A stretch of 59,062 bases of DNA, filler included, from 7 parts of 7 records of this genome joined end to end with filler, not necessarily neighbours in it, one strand, 5' to 3'. Positions 48,329 to 57,712 are shown, numbered from the whole stretch's first letter. Program-made: numbers and translations. Notes: generated from the letters alone by a model not told the origin.

Positions 48329-49132
48329 TCAAAGGGGGGCCGGATCCAGGGGAGCCTTCCCCCTGTCAACGGCGCGATCCCCGGATTGCCGGGAGCCCAT
48401 CTTGATAAGGGCCACCCCGAGAAGGATCATCGCGCTTGCCCCCACCACCAGGGCATCCACGGTTTCGCCAAGGACAAGCCACCCCAGGGTCATGGCGGTG
48501 AGGTGGTCCCAATCGCCCATGGGGAAGCTGAAGATGAGATTGCACAGGGCGCCGCCCATCATCTGGATGGAGACATCCACCCGGTTGTCGGACGGCTTGT
48601 CCAGCACCGTTCCCCAGATGGACCCGAAGGCCCACAGGAGGCAGGACAGCACAATGGTCAACAGGGGCACCACGGGCGCCGGTCCAAAGCGGTTGGCGCT
48701 GTTGCCCCCGATCAGCAGGACCACCCCGGCCATGCTGACAACGATCCCGGCCCAGCCAAGCCCCTTGAGCCCGGACTTCCCCTTGAACAATTTTTCAAAC
48801 AGGACGAACCAGACCGGCACGCTGGCCGCGATCATGGCGGCGATCCCCGTGGGCACATGGAGCATGGCCCAGGCAATGGGGCCGCTGCCCATGCCCACCA
48901 GCAGCATGCCCACCACCAGAGAGTTGAGGATCTGCTTCAGGCTGAGGGTTTTAAACCGCCCCAGCCCGGCCACAAGGGCCAGGAGGAATGAGGCCAGGCA
49001 AAATCGCACGGCCATGGTCAAAAACGGCGGGGTGGTGTCAACCGCCAGCCGCATGGCAAGGTAATTGGAGCCCCAGACAAGATAAACGATTGAAAACGAC
49101 AGAATAATTTTACTTCTGGAACAGGAATGCAT
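48329..49132 (-). CDS. EamA/DMT (YedA-like) transporter, apparently with an internal in-frame deletion
   Basis: YLVWGSNYLA, PPFLTMAVRF, WAFGS, LGWLVLGE; 267 aa. Confidence 0.8.
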   Translation of the reverse strand: MHSCSRSKIILSFSIVYLVWGSNYLAMRLAVDTTPPFLTMAVRFCLASFLLALVAGLGRFKTLSLKQILNSLVVGMLLVGMGSGPIAWAMLHVPTGIAAMIAASVPVWFVLFEKLFKGKSGLKGLGWAGIVVSMAGVVLLIGGNSANRFGPAPVVPLLTIVLSCLLWAFGSIWGTVLDKPSDNRVDVSIQMMGGALCNLIFSFPMGDWDHLTAMTLGWLVLGETVDALVVGASAMILLGVALIKMGSRQSGDRAVDRGKAPLDPAPL

Positions 49133-49431
49133 AGCCCCATCCTCCACCGCTGAACAAGTTGCAATAATGGAAAAATGAGACCATTTACGCCTTTGCAACG
49201 GGGCTGTCAAGAAAATTGTGACCGGCCGGAAAAAAAGAGCGGATGATACCCCATCCCATATGAGCCGCGCCCGTTTCCCATTAAACAGTCAAAGCAGGTA
49301 AATTCAAGTGCAACGACCGATCCCCCCGTGGAAACGTCATATGACGTTTATACCCAAGCGGTTTCATGGTATAGAGGGAGACAAAAGAGAAAAGGACAAC
49401 CATCACCAATCATTATAAAGCGGAAACATCC

Positions 49432-50613
49432 ATGACAACACCCGATATCATCATCATCGGCGCCGGGGCCTCGGGCCTGATGTGCGCCATTGAAGCAGGC
49501 AACCGGGGCCGGTCGGTCCTGATCCTCGACCATGCCAAGAAGGCCGGGCAAAAGATCCTCATGTCCGGCGGGGGGCGGTGCAACTTCACCAACCTCTCCG
49601 TGTCCGCGGCCAACTATATTTCAAGAAACCCCCATTTCTGCAAATCCGCCCTGAGTCGTTTCACCCAGTGGGATTTCCTGGCAATGATCGAGCAGCACAA
49701 GATCCCCTTCCACGAGCGGGACCATGGCCAGCTCTTTTGCGACAACAGCGCAAAGGAGATCCTCACCATGCTCCTTTCCGAGTGCGAACGGGCCAACGTG
49801 GAGATGATGCTCAATACCGAGGTGACCGGGGTGACCCGGGAAGAGGGCCAGGACTTCAGTGTGACCACCCCAAAGGAAACGTTCAAAAGCCCTTCCCTTG
49901 TGGTGGCCACGGGGGGCCTCTCCATTCCAGGGGCCGGTGCCACCCCCCTGGGGTACAAAATCGCCGAACAGTTCGGTATCAAGGTATGGCCCCCCTGCCC
50001 GGGGCTGGTGCCCTTCACCCTCCAGCCCCGGGACAAGGAGCGCCTGGCCCCCCTGTCCGGCATCAGCGTGGATGCCGTTGTGACCTGCGGCCGGGATAGC
50101 TTTCGCGAGAACCTCCTCTTTACCCACCGGGGGTTGAGCGGGCCGGTCATTCTCCAGATCTCCTCCCTTTGGCAGCCGGGAGAGACCATCACCATCGATC
50201 TGCTGCCGGGCATCGACCTTGTGTCCCGCCTGAAAAAGGCCCAGCAGGAGCACCCGAAGCAGCAGGTGAAATCCATGCTGGTCACCCTGCTGCCCAAACG
50301 CCTGGTCACCGCCATGGTGGAGAAGGAGCTGGGGGAGGCACCGCTGAACTCGGTCTCCCACGCCAAATTCAACGCCCTTGAAGCAAACCTGAAACAATGG
50401 GAAGTCAAGCCCGGGGGCACCGAAGGCTACCGGACGGCGGAGGTGACCGTGGGCGGGGTGGACTGTGACGCCGTCTCCTCAAAGACCATGGAGGCCCGCA
50501 AGATGCAAGGCCTCTACTTCATCGGCGAGGTGCTCGATGTCACCGGGTGGCTGGGGGGCTACAACCTTCAATGGGCATGGTCGTCGGGCTGGGTGGCCGG
50601 CCAGTTCGCCTAG
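49432..50613 (+). CDS. HI0933/BaiN-family flavoprotein
   Basis: IGAGASG, SGGGRCNFTN, ATGGLS, LFTHRGLSGP, AEVTVGGV, GGYNLQWAWSSG. Confidence 0.94.
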   Translation: MTTPDIIIIGAGASGLMCAIEAGNRGRSVLILDHAKKAGQKILMSGGGRCNFTNLSVSAANYISRNPHFCKSALSRFTQWDFLAMIEQHKIPFHERDHGQLFCDNSAKEILTMLLSECERANVEMMLNTEVTGVTREEGQDFSVTTPKETFKSPSLVVATGGLSIPGAGATPLGYKIAEQFGIKVWPPCPGLVPFTLQPRDKERLAPLSGISVDAVVTCGRDSFRENLLFTHRGLSGPVILQISSLWQPGETITIDLLPGIDLVSRLKKAQQEHPKQQVKSMLVTLLPKRLVTAMVEKELGEAPLNSVSHAKFNALEANLKQWEVKPGGTEGYRTAEVTVGGVDCDAVSSKTMEARKMQGLYFIGEVLDVTGWLGGYNLQWAWSSGWVAGQFA

Positions 50614-50637
50614 GTTAAGACGTCGCCGGACCGGGGC

Positions 50638-51420
50638 CTAAAAAGGGTTTCGAGCCTTGGTTTTTCCAGGCCGGGCCCCGGGCGTTTGTTCGGGCATTGG
50701 GTTTTCCCGGCCAAAGCAGGGCTCCTGACGGGGCAGGCAGGCGGGCAACTCGCCCAGGTTGGAAAGGGTGAGCCACAGGGACTGATCCATGGCGGAGACC
50801 GCCACCTGCTCGTGGGCCCAGGTGGTGGCAAAGGGAACATGCACGGCATGGCCACCCAGGTTCACCACGGGCAGCACGTCCGACCGGAGGGAGTTGCCCA
50901 CCATCATGAACTCCCGGGGATGGATCCCATGGGCTGACAAGACCCGGTCGTAGGCGGCCTCATCCTTTTCGCTCAGGATCTCGATCCCGTCAAAGTACGG
51001 GGCGAGATTGGACCGGGCGATCTTGCTCTCCTGGTCCAGGAGGTCCCCCTTGGTGATGAGCATGAGGGTATAGCTGCGGCAGAGGGTTTCCAGCACGGGT
51101 TCCACCCCGTCCAGCAACTCCACCGGGGATGCCAGCATCTCCTTGCCAAGGGCGATCAGCTTCTGGATATCGGCACCGCTGAGCCGCTCCCGGCTCACCT
51201 GGGCCGCGGTTTCGATCAAAGAGAGGAGAAACCCCTTGACCCCGTAGCCAAACACCCCGATATTCTCCCGCTCCACGGCAAAAAGCCGCTCCCGGATGGT
51301 TTCGGCGTCCGCATATTTTTCAAGCAGAGTCATAAACTCCGCCTTCACGCTCCGGAACAGGGGCTCGTTGACCCAAAGGGTATCGTCGGCATCAAAGGCG
51401 ATCACCCGAATTCTTTCCAT
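50638..51420 (-). CDS. HAD-superfamily hydrolase
   Basis: FDADDTLWVNE, ITKGDL, MVGNSLRSD. Confidence 0.92.
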   Translation of the reverse strand: MERIRVIAFDADDTLWVNEPLFRSVKAEFMTLLEKYADAETIRERLFAVERENIGVFGYGVKGFLLSLIETAAQVSRERLSGADIQKLIALGKEMLASPVELLDGVEPVLETLCRSYTLMLITKGDLLDQESKIARSNLAPYFDGIEILSEKDEAAYDRVLSAHGIHPREFMMVGNSLRSDVLPVVNLGGHAVHVPFATTWAHEQVAVSAMDQSLWLTLSNLGELPACLPRQEPCFGRENPMPEQTPGARPGKTKARNPF

Positions 51421-51578
51421 CCCTAATCTCCTCTATGGTTGTCAATCATGAATGCCGGACTATACCAGAATCGCCATCCCGAGAAAAGAACAAAACCCCT
51501 TGCTTTTTTCAAAAAGACTATATATTAATTTCAATTATCACAACTTTAATACATAGCGACTTCACATTAGGTGACACC

Positions 51579-52334
51579 ATGAAGATCAGCAAGGAGCAGA
51601 AAGAGAGCAACCGCAGGGCGATCATCGCCGCCATGGTCGACATCGTCACGGACCAGGGGTTCAAGGCCGCGACCATGAAAAAGATCGCCCGGCAGAGCGG
51701 CCTGGGGGACGCCACCATCTACAACTATTTCCCCACCAAGGAAGCGATCCTGTTCGGGTATTACACCGACCATTTCACCGCCTGCATCCAGCGGCTCAAG
51801 GAGGTGCCGGACCTCAACGAATACTCCCTACAGGAGCAGATCCAGACCTTTTTCGAAATAAGTTTCGACCTTTTCCAAGGGGACCGGGAATTTGTCGCCC
51901 TCACCTTTAAACAAGTATTTTTCTCCTACAGCCAGAACTACAAACGGGTCAAGCCCATCCGGGCGAGCTTCACCGCCATCATCCGGGACATGGTGGAGGC
52001 GGCCGTGGAGGTGGGGGAGATCCCGGACCAGGTGTTCCAGGAGGTCATCGTCCAGCTTTTCATGGATTTTTACATCACCATGACCGCCCACTGGATCGCG
52101 GACCAATCCGACGATTTCAACGATACCGCCATCCTGATCGACAAGAGCCTTGACCTGGCCGTGGCCATGCTCAAAGCCGGCATTGCCAACAAGATCCTGG
52201 ACATCACCGTCTTTCTCTTCCGCACCCATGTGCTGAACAACCTGGGCGGGGTCCGGGAGGGCATGGAGACGGTCCGTTCCATTAAACGCAAATTCATGGA
52301 GACGCACCATGCCGAAGGAAATTCCCACAGGTAA
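51579..52334 (+). CDS. TetR-family transcriptional regulator
   Basis: HTH ATMKKIARQSGLGDATIYNYFPTKE. Confidence 0.9.
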   Translation: MKISKEQKESNRRAIIAAMVDIVTDQGFKAATMKKIARQSGLGDATIYNYFPTKEAILFGYYTDHFTACIQRLKEVPDLNEYSLQEQIQTFFEISFDLFQGDREFVALTFKQVFFSYSQNYKRVKPIRASFTAIIRDMVEAAVEVGEIPDQVFQEVIVQLFMDFYITMTAHWIADQSDDFNDTAILIDKSLDLAVAMLKAGIANKILDITVFLFRTHVLNNLGGVREGMETVRSIKRKFMETHHAEGNSHR

Positions 52335-53604
52335 ATTCAAACGAAGCGTCACCGGCACCGGCACGGCCGCACGGGTCGGGGGAAAGATGCTGACCTACCT
52401 TGCAAAACGCCCGTTTCTCTCCCGGGACGGGAAGGAAAAGGCAAAGGAAGAGATGGCGGCCCAGAGCGGTGAGATTCTCTTCCAGGGCCTAAGCGTACTC
52501 AGGGGCACCGCCCTCAAGGTGGCCCAGCAGCTGAGCCTGGAGCTTGACCTTTTTCCCCCGGCCGTGCAAAAGGAACTGGAACGATCCTATCACCAGGTGC
52601 CGCCCCTGAACCGGGCCCTGGTGTCCCGGGTGATCTACAAGGCCCTGGGCCGCCATCCCAACGAGGTATTCGCCGACTTTGACACCCGGGCCTTTGCCGG
52701 GGCCAGCCTTGGCCAGGTGCACCGGGCCACCGCCTTTGACGGACATCCCCTGGCCGTCAAGGTTCAGTATCCGGGCATGGCCGCCACCATCAAAAGCGAC
52801 ATCCAGATGATCAAGACCCTGGTGCGGCCCATGCCGGACCACCGCCTGATCCTGCCCTCCATTCTGGAGATCGAGCAGCGGCTCCTGGAGGAGATCGACT
52901 ATTACAGGGAGGCGGACAACCTGGAACGGTTCAAAAAAGCCCTGAGTCTTCCGGGCATCGCCATTCCGGACCTGGACAGGACCGCCTCCGCCGGCACCGT
53001 GCTGACCACCACCCTGATGCCCGGCCTTCCCCTGGACCAGTGGCTGGCCACCGGGCCCAACCAGGCCATGCGCGACCAGGTGGCCCAGGGCCTCTACGAC
53101 CTCTTTCTTGAAAGCCTCTACCGCCACCATGCCATCCATGCGGACCCCAACCCGGGCAATTTCATCATCCAAAACGATCTCACCATCGGGGTGATCGATT
53201 TCGGCTGCATCAAGCACCTGCAACCCGCCTTTGCCGACCTCTACCGTCAGCTGCCCCGGACCCTGGCCCAGGGAGACAAAACCACCTACCAGGACCTGCT
53301 GGAGCAGCTGAAAATCCTCAAGCCCGGCATTCCCCCGGCCGACCGGCAAAAATTCCTCCAGGCCGCCTATGAGCTGGGCCGCTGGTTCGGCGAGTACTAC
53401 CGACCGGACCGGTTTGATTTCGGGGCCGACCCGGGCTTCATGGCCCGGGGCAGGGCCCTCATGACAGCCCTTTACCAATTGAGGGGCCATTTTGATTCCA
53501 ATCCCGAATTTGTCTATCTGGACCGCACCCGCTACGGCCTGATTCGGTTGTTTGAAAAGATGAAGGCCCGGGTGAGAATGAAAAACGGCTATGAATGGCA
53601 ATAA
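52309..53604 (+). CDS. ABC1/UbiB-family atypical kinase
   Basis: LKVAQ, GASLGQVHRA, AVKVQYPG, HADPNPGN, IDFGC. Confidence 0.92.
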   Translation: MPKEIPTGKFKRSVTGTGTAARVGGKMLTYLAKRPFLSRDGKEKAKEEMAAQSGEILFQGLSVLRGTALKVAQQLSLELDLFPPAVQKELERSYHQVPPLNRALVSRVIYKALGRHPNEVFADFDTRAFAGASLGQVHRATAFDGHPLAVKVQYPGMAATIKSDIQMIKTLVRPMPDHRLILPSILEIEQRLLEEIDYYREADNLERFKKALSLPGIAIPDLDRTASAGTVLTTTLMPGLPLDQWLATGPNQAMRDQVAQGLYDLFLESLYRHHAIHADPNPGNFIIQNDLTIGVIDFGCIKHLQPAFADLYRQLPRTLAQGDKTTYQDLLEQLKILKPGIPPADRQKFLQAAYELGRWFGEYYRPDRFDFGADPGFMARGRALMTALYQLRGHFDSNPEFVYLDRTRYGLIRLFEKMKARVRMKNGYEWQ

Positions 53605-53663
53605 CCTAACCAGGACAAGCCATAAACCAAAAACGCTCTTTGATTTTCTTGCCAAAATAACAT

Positions 53664-53763
53664 NNNNNNNNNNNNNNNNNNNNNNNNNNNNNNNNNNNNN
53701 NNNNNNNTTAATTAATTAANNNNNNNNNNNNNNNNNNNNNNNNNNNNNNNNNNNNNNNNNNNN
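53664..53763. other. Artificial contig spacer
   Basis: N + TTAATTAATTAA + N. Confidence 0.98.
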
Positions 53764-53897
53764 GCAAGTTATTTAAGACCCGTTCCTTAACTGGATTGTA
53801 GCGGCTTTTTTTATTTAGGAAGGGGAAAGAGATGCACAGGGCCAAACCGATTTTGAATTTGGAGCGATTCAGCCCTGTGATGCTGTGACTGACATGC

Positions 53898-54545
53898 TTA
53901 TTTTAAGGACTTTCTTCTGTTAAACCAGGCCCAGCCAAACAGACCAAGGCCGAAAAGAGTGAAGGTGGCGGGTTCGGGGATTTCACTGGTCTCCCAACTA
54001 CTTAAATCTATGGTAACGCTTGGGTTGTTTTCGTTGTCTATAACAGCGGCGATCTCTGTGTCGCTGAGGGCACCAATTTCGTCCTCTTCAATAATTCCAT
54101 CTCCGTCAGTGTCCAGACCAGAGTAGTCGTCAACGGCAGTCAATGTCGAACTTCCACTAGTGGATTCAATCACAAACATGGTTCCAGACGTTCCAGTGGT
54201 GACCCAATAATCAATTGTATCAATGCTCCAATCAGAGGTATTCAGAGTAACTGATGGATAGCTGCTTGTCCAGTCAAAGGCGTCATCGTAATAGGTTGTT
54301 CCGTCTATTCCCAGAGAAATTGTGAACAACGAGTCATAGGCATCATTACCCACTGAGCCGTTGTGCATACTGTAACCACTGTCTTTATATCCCTGGTCAG
54401 TGTCAATGGTGAATAAAATTGAAACGTCGCTGCTATTAAAAGGTAAAGAGTACGAATATTCAAGCATGGTTGCATTGGCCGTACACGCCAATGCCGTAAC
54501 AAAAAATATGACTAACAAAAACTGGTTAATTTTTCTTGATAACAT
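53898..54545 (-). CDS. PEP-CTERM surface protein, acidic and S/T-rich, with an EF-hand-like loop
   Basis: Signal peptide (ANA cleavage), DTDGDGIIEEDE, C-terminal IPEPATFTLFGLGLFGWAWFNRRK; AGGAG RBS. Confidence 0.93.
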   Translation of the reverse strand: MLSRKINQFLLVIFFVTALACTANATMLEYSYSLPFNSSDVSILFTIDTDQGYKDSGYSMHNGSVGNDAYDSLFTISLGIDGTTYYDDAFDWTSSYPSVTLNTSDWSIDTIDYWVTTGTSGTMFVIESTSGSSTLTAVDDYSGLDTDGDGIIEEDEIGALSDTEIAAVIDNENNPSVTIDLSSWETSEIPEPATFTLFGLGLFGWAWFNRRKSLK

Positions 54546-54570
54546 GTGAAATCTCCTGATTTTATTTTAA

Positions 54571-54714
54571 TTAACTTGCAGCAAGAATAAAAGTTGGGCC
54601 GCTAGTGGTCCCACATGTACGTCGTGACTGCTTGCATACGGCAAGAACGCTTTCTTCAGGCCTGCAGCGAACGATAACAACGAGTTTTGGATCTTCATAA
54701 ACTTTCTTTTTCAT
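54571..54714 (-). CDS. Putative RiPP precursor peptide (47 aa)
   Basis: Not in the ORF track. MKKKVYEDPKLVVIVRCRPEESVLAVCKQSRRTCGTTSGPTFILAAS*; AAGGAG RBS; YxxPxL leader motif; follows the radical SAM gene. Confidence 0.82.
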   Translation of the reverse strand: MKKKVYEDPKLVVIVRCRPEESVLAVCKQSRRTCGTTSGPTFILAAS

Positions 54715-54789
54715 AAATTTCTCCTTTTTTTTTTGATCCTTCTTACGATTTTCTCCTAAGAAGTAATTATTACATTATTTGATCTATGT

Positions 54790-55914
54790 TCACTTTAGAT
54801 AAGGAACATCTTCGAATTTTTTCCACGCCCTGTGTCTTTCGTTGGCAACTTCGCAAAAATACGGTGTATAGCCGTCTAACTGACCTGTTTCCAGATCTGC
54901 GTGGGCCGGGCACCATGCGCAGATGTCGTGCAGGGTGCATGTGCCGCAGTTTTCGATGTAATGGCTGCGGACTGAGGTGCGCTTCAGGATGTCAGGGGTG
55001 AAATGATTCCAGGCCCGGGCCAGGGTATGCGTTTTAAGATCAAGGGTGCAGGCCTGGTTAACAATAGACGGGCAAAGCTGGTATTTACCGTCCCATCCGA
55101 TGGCGCAGGTATTAATGCCAGCCTGGCATTTAAACAGCGTATTCACATATTGGACGGTGCTGTTGTTTTGGTTTTTGCAGGTCTGCTCCAAGGCCTTGTA
55201 TCTTTGGGGGTCTTTATTATCCAGGGCTGCGATCTGCTCCGGCGTCAGACGCTGGGACACAATAGATTTGTTTCTATGGGGATCTTTATCTGCTCTCAAC
55301 TGGAGACATGGGTCAAATCGAAAAGGCCGGTCTGATTTTGACCGGCAAAACTCTGCGATGTTATCAAAGTCCGGAAGATTGGCCTGCATGATTGTAGATT
55401 TAAGGATGACGGGGAGATTTGCGGACAAAAGTAGATCAATACCTGTCATGGTTGATTCAAATGTATTTTTCCGGGTGACGTTTTTGTGGACTTCCGGGGT
55501 GGTGCCGTAGACAGACACCTCGATTTGTCTTGGCGGATATTTTTTAAACAACCTGATGTGCTCATCTGTTACAACAGAGGCGTTGGTAAACACAGACACA
55601 AATATCCCCCGGGTTTTTATGTGGGTGTAAATTTCCGGGAAATCAGGCCTGAGCAGAGGCTCGCCGCCGCTCAGCAGTATCCATAGGACGCCCAAGTCAA
55701 CTGCCTGGGCTGTTATGTCTTTTATTTCATTCAGGCTCAGTTCTTTTTCAAAGGCCTGCTGGTCATGGGCCGGCCGATTGATGTAACAATGAACGCAGTC
55801 GTTGTTGCACCGGGCGGTTAGATCCATAACCATGGAAAGAAGAACTCTATTTTTTTTGGCCTGTTCCCAGACCGGAAGGCTTGCAATGGAGATGTTGTGA
55901 TCAGGGCTGTACAT
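54790..55914 (-). CDS. Radical SAM/SPASM peptide maturase
   Basis: CNNDCVHC, SGGEPLL, FTNAS; SPASM-type CQAG...C...CP...CGTC...CAWCPA. Confidence 0.93.
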   Translation of the reverse strand: MYSPDHNISIASLPVWEQAKKNRVLLSMVMDLTARCNNDCVHCYINRPAHDQQAFEKELSLNEIKDITAQAVDLGVLWILLSGGEPLLRPDFPEIYTHIKTRGIFVSVFTNASVVTDEHIRLFKKYPPRQIEVSVYGTTPEVHKNVTRKNTFESTMTGIDLLLSANLPVILKSTIMQANLPDFDNIAEFCRSKSDRPFRFDPCLQLRADKDPHRNKSIVSQRLTPEQIAALDNKDPQRYKALEQTCKNQNNSTVQYVNTLFKCQAGINTCAIGWDGKYQLCPSIVNQACTLDLKTHTLARAWNHFTPDILKRTSVRSHYIENCGTCTLHDICAWCPAHADLETGQLDGYTPYFCEVANERHRAWKKFEDVPYLK

Positions 55915-56377
55915 GACGGGTTAATTTTTTCAATATCCTGGCTGAGGGAAGAAAAAGGGAGTTGAGCAGACCTGCTTTTGAGGCCTGGGCAATGAGTTTG
56001 TTTGTCCAGGATGCCGGTGTGGCTTGCCGACCGTTAGATTCAATGGCCTGGACCCGGCCCAGCAGGTCTTCCCTGTTGAACCAGCCGTCACTTTCCAGAT
56101 TGTTGTCGCCTTTTACCTGGTACTGGTTGTTTTTACGGGCAATAATTCGGTGGACGACCATTTTCCGGTATTTGTGCATGGCCGCAAGGACGATATCCCC
56201 TGTTTCCAAGGTATGGGACGGTTTAAGGACCGCCAGGGTCAAAAGACTGTCATGGCGAATGAACGGAGTCATGCTGTAGCCCGGACACTGGAGTTTAAAC
56301 CGGCATTTTTCAGACTTGCTGAAAAATGCGGTCATCATGGTATAAAACTCTTCTCCTGTCGGGTTCAGGATGTCCAT
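55901..56377 (-). CDS. S24/S26-like peptidase (no obvious TM segment)
   Basis: GYSMTPFI, GDIV, VVHRII, KGDNN; overlaps both neighbours. Confidence 0.85.
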   Translation of the reverse strand: MDILNPTGEEFYTMMTAFFSKSEKCRFKLQCPGYSMTPFIRHDSLLTLAVLKPSHTLETGDIVLAAMHKYRKMVVHRIIARKNNQYQVKGDNNLESDGWFNREDLLGRVQAIESNGRQATPASWTNKLIAQASKAGLLNSLFLPSARILKKLTRHVQP

Positions 56378-56661
56378 TCAACAATGAGTTCCTTTTCAAG
56401 CAGTTCGGTGACAAGTTTTTTTACGCCTTGTTCGATTTGATCCATACCAGAGTCATACTCTTCGGCAATGGCCGCACAGATCTGGCCTATTGTTTTTTTT
56501 TGTTCGATACATTTCCAGGCAAGGGCACCGGTCTCATTAAAGGAAAACATCGAATCACTGAAATCGGCAATGCCTGATTCAATGGGAACAATGACGATTT
56601 CACCCATGATATCTCTGGAAATTATTTTGTCTGACGGGGCATAACTCTTATCTGGGTCCAT
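56365..56661 (-). CDS. PqqD-family RiPP recognition element (RRE)
   Basis: SRDIMGEIVIVP, FSFNETGALAWK, IAEEYD, LLEKELI. Confidence 0.9.
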   Translation of the reverse strand: MDPDKSYAPSDKIISRDIMGEIVIVPIESGIADFSDSMFSFNETGALAWKCIEQKKTIGQICAAIAEEYDSGMDQIEQGVKKLVTELLEKELIVEWTS

Positions 56662-56666
56662 TAAAC

Positions 56667-57545
56667 TTACATTCCTTTCAGCAGATTGTAGGCCCGACCT
56701 GTTTTGTCAAACTGCAGGTTCCAGCAGGGGACCTGCCGGCAAAGGCCGGATAGAAAATCAAGTGCGTTGTCCCACCAGTCGCGGGTTTCAAGGGGACGAA
56801 TCATGCAGGCCAAAAGACGCTCAAATGCATGACGTTTATCTGTAACAGGGAGAACCTGATTGGTGTTGGCTTTTTCAAGAAAAAAAATGCCTTTTAAGGG
56901 AACGGTTTCCGGAGAGACATCAGGCACGTCTCCGTGGCTCCAAGTGCCGGAGACGAAGTAATTATCGTCTTTTTTGCGTACGATATTACGATCATCGCAG
57001 AGGATGGCGGCCCCTTGTTTCATAATGCCGGCCATGGTGGATTTACCAGCGTCCGAGTGACCGACAAATAAAAGGCCCCGATTATCTAAGCTTACACCCA
57101 GGGAGTGCATGATACAGCCGTTTTTATATGCCAGGATGCGGCCCATGAGAATCTGATCTGTGGGAAACATGGTCAGGCTGGTTAATCCGCCCTTTATAAA
57201 CTTGCCTTTAATGCTATTGTCATTGTAGATATCCAAAAAAGAGTGTTCCTTGTCGGTAACAACGGTTCTAAAATAATTCTCATGGGGAGGCTCTGCCTTG
57301 ATCCACTGGTAAATCCATTGGCCGTCCTGGTGGTAAACGGCCCAAGGCGGTTTCAGATAAACCCGATTTTCAGGCTTTGGCGTTGTCTTGCATGTCTCAA
57401 ACCGATGGTGAAGGACAATATTTTCCTCTAAAGGGCTATTGATTTCAAAATGTTTAAATTTTGGACTGAAGGTGGTGTTCGAAAATGGCAGGTCACTTTG
57501 CACCTCAATGCTCATACCTGCAATCTGAAAGAATATCTTAGACAC
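56667..57545 (-). CDS. HprK-like P-loop kinase (ScmC-like)
   Basis: MHSLGV, FVGHSDAGKST, LCDDRNIV, SGTWSHG, PLKGIFFL; GTG start inferred. Confidence 0.82.
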   Translation of the reverse strand: MSKIFFQIAGMSIEVQSDLPFSNTTFSPKFKHFEINSPLEENIVLHHRFETCKTTPKPENRVYLKPPWAVYHQDGQWIYQWIKAEPPHENYFRTVVTDKEHSFLDIYNDNSIKGKFIKGGLTSLTMFPTDQILMGRILAYKNGCIMHSLGVSLDNRGLLFVGHSDAGKSTMAGIMKQGAAILCDDRNIVRKKDDNYFVSGTWSHGDVPDVSPETVPLKGIFFLEKANTNQVLPVTDKRHAFERLLACMIRPLETRDWWDNALDFLSGLCRQVPCWNLQFDKTGRAYNLLKGM

Positions 57546-57590
57546 AACTAAAAAATTTCCTATAAAAGAAGAAGAAAAGCAACTAAAAAG

Positions 57591-57612
57591 ATAGCTCCGC
57601 ACGGTCGCCTAC
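57591..57612 (-). repeat. Leader motif copy A (JUMPstart/ops-like)
   Basis: GTAGGCGACCGTGCGGAGCTAT; 19/22 identical to 57916-57937. Confidence 0.55.
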
Positions 57613-57712
57613 GTTGCAAAAGGCTACTTAGTACATGGAAGCGACCGAATTTATAGCAGTTTTTATACTATTTGATTTTTCAATAGATACTATTTGAAAA
57701 TCTATTCCGAAA

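Noticed and set aside
33209-53655. Long antisense ORFs (33209-34546, 38998-40152, 41454-42413, 46841-47809, 49614-50420, 52489-53655)
   Set aside because: Shadows of well-supported genes in high-GC DNA, with no recognisable motifs
10583-53763. Six copies of TTAATTAATTAA in N-runs as a biological repeat, and composition shifts as horizontal transfer
   Set aside because: These are identical 100-nt artificial spacers joining unrelated contigs; ORFs running into them are truncated
53833-53880. c-di-GMP-I riboswitch suggested by GCACAGGGCCAAACC
   Set aside because: Lacks the GAAA tetraloop and GCAAAG/P2 elements, and faces a gene end; better explained as a CACAGGG/CCCTGTG hairpin
54571-57545. 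Lasso peptide or PQQ biosynthesis cluster
   Set aside because: No asparagine-synthetase-like cyclase or transglutaminase-like protease; no pqqB/pqqC, and no ExxxY motif in the precursor
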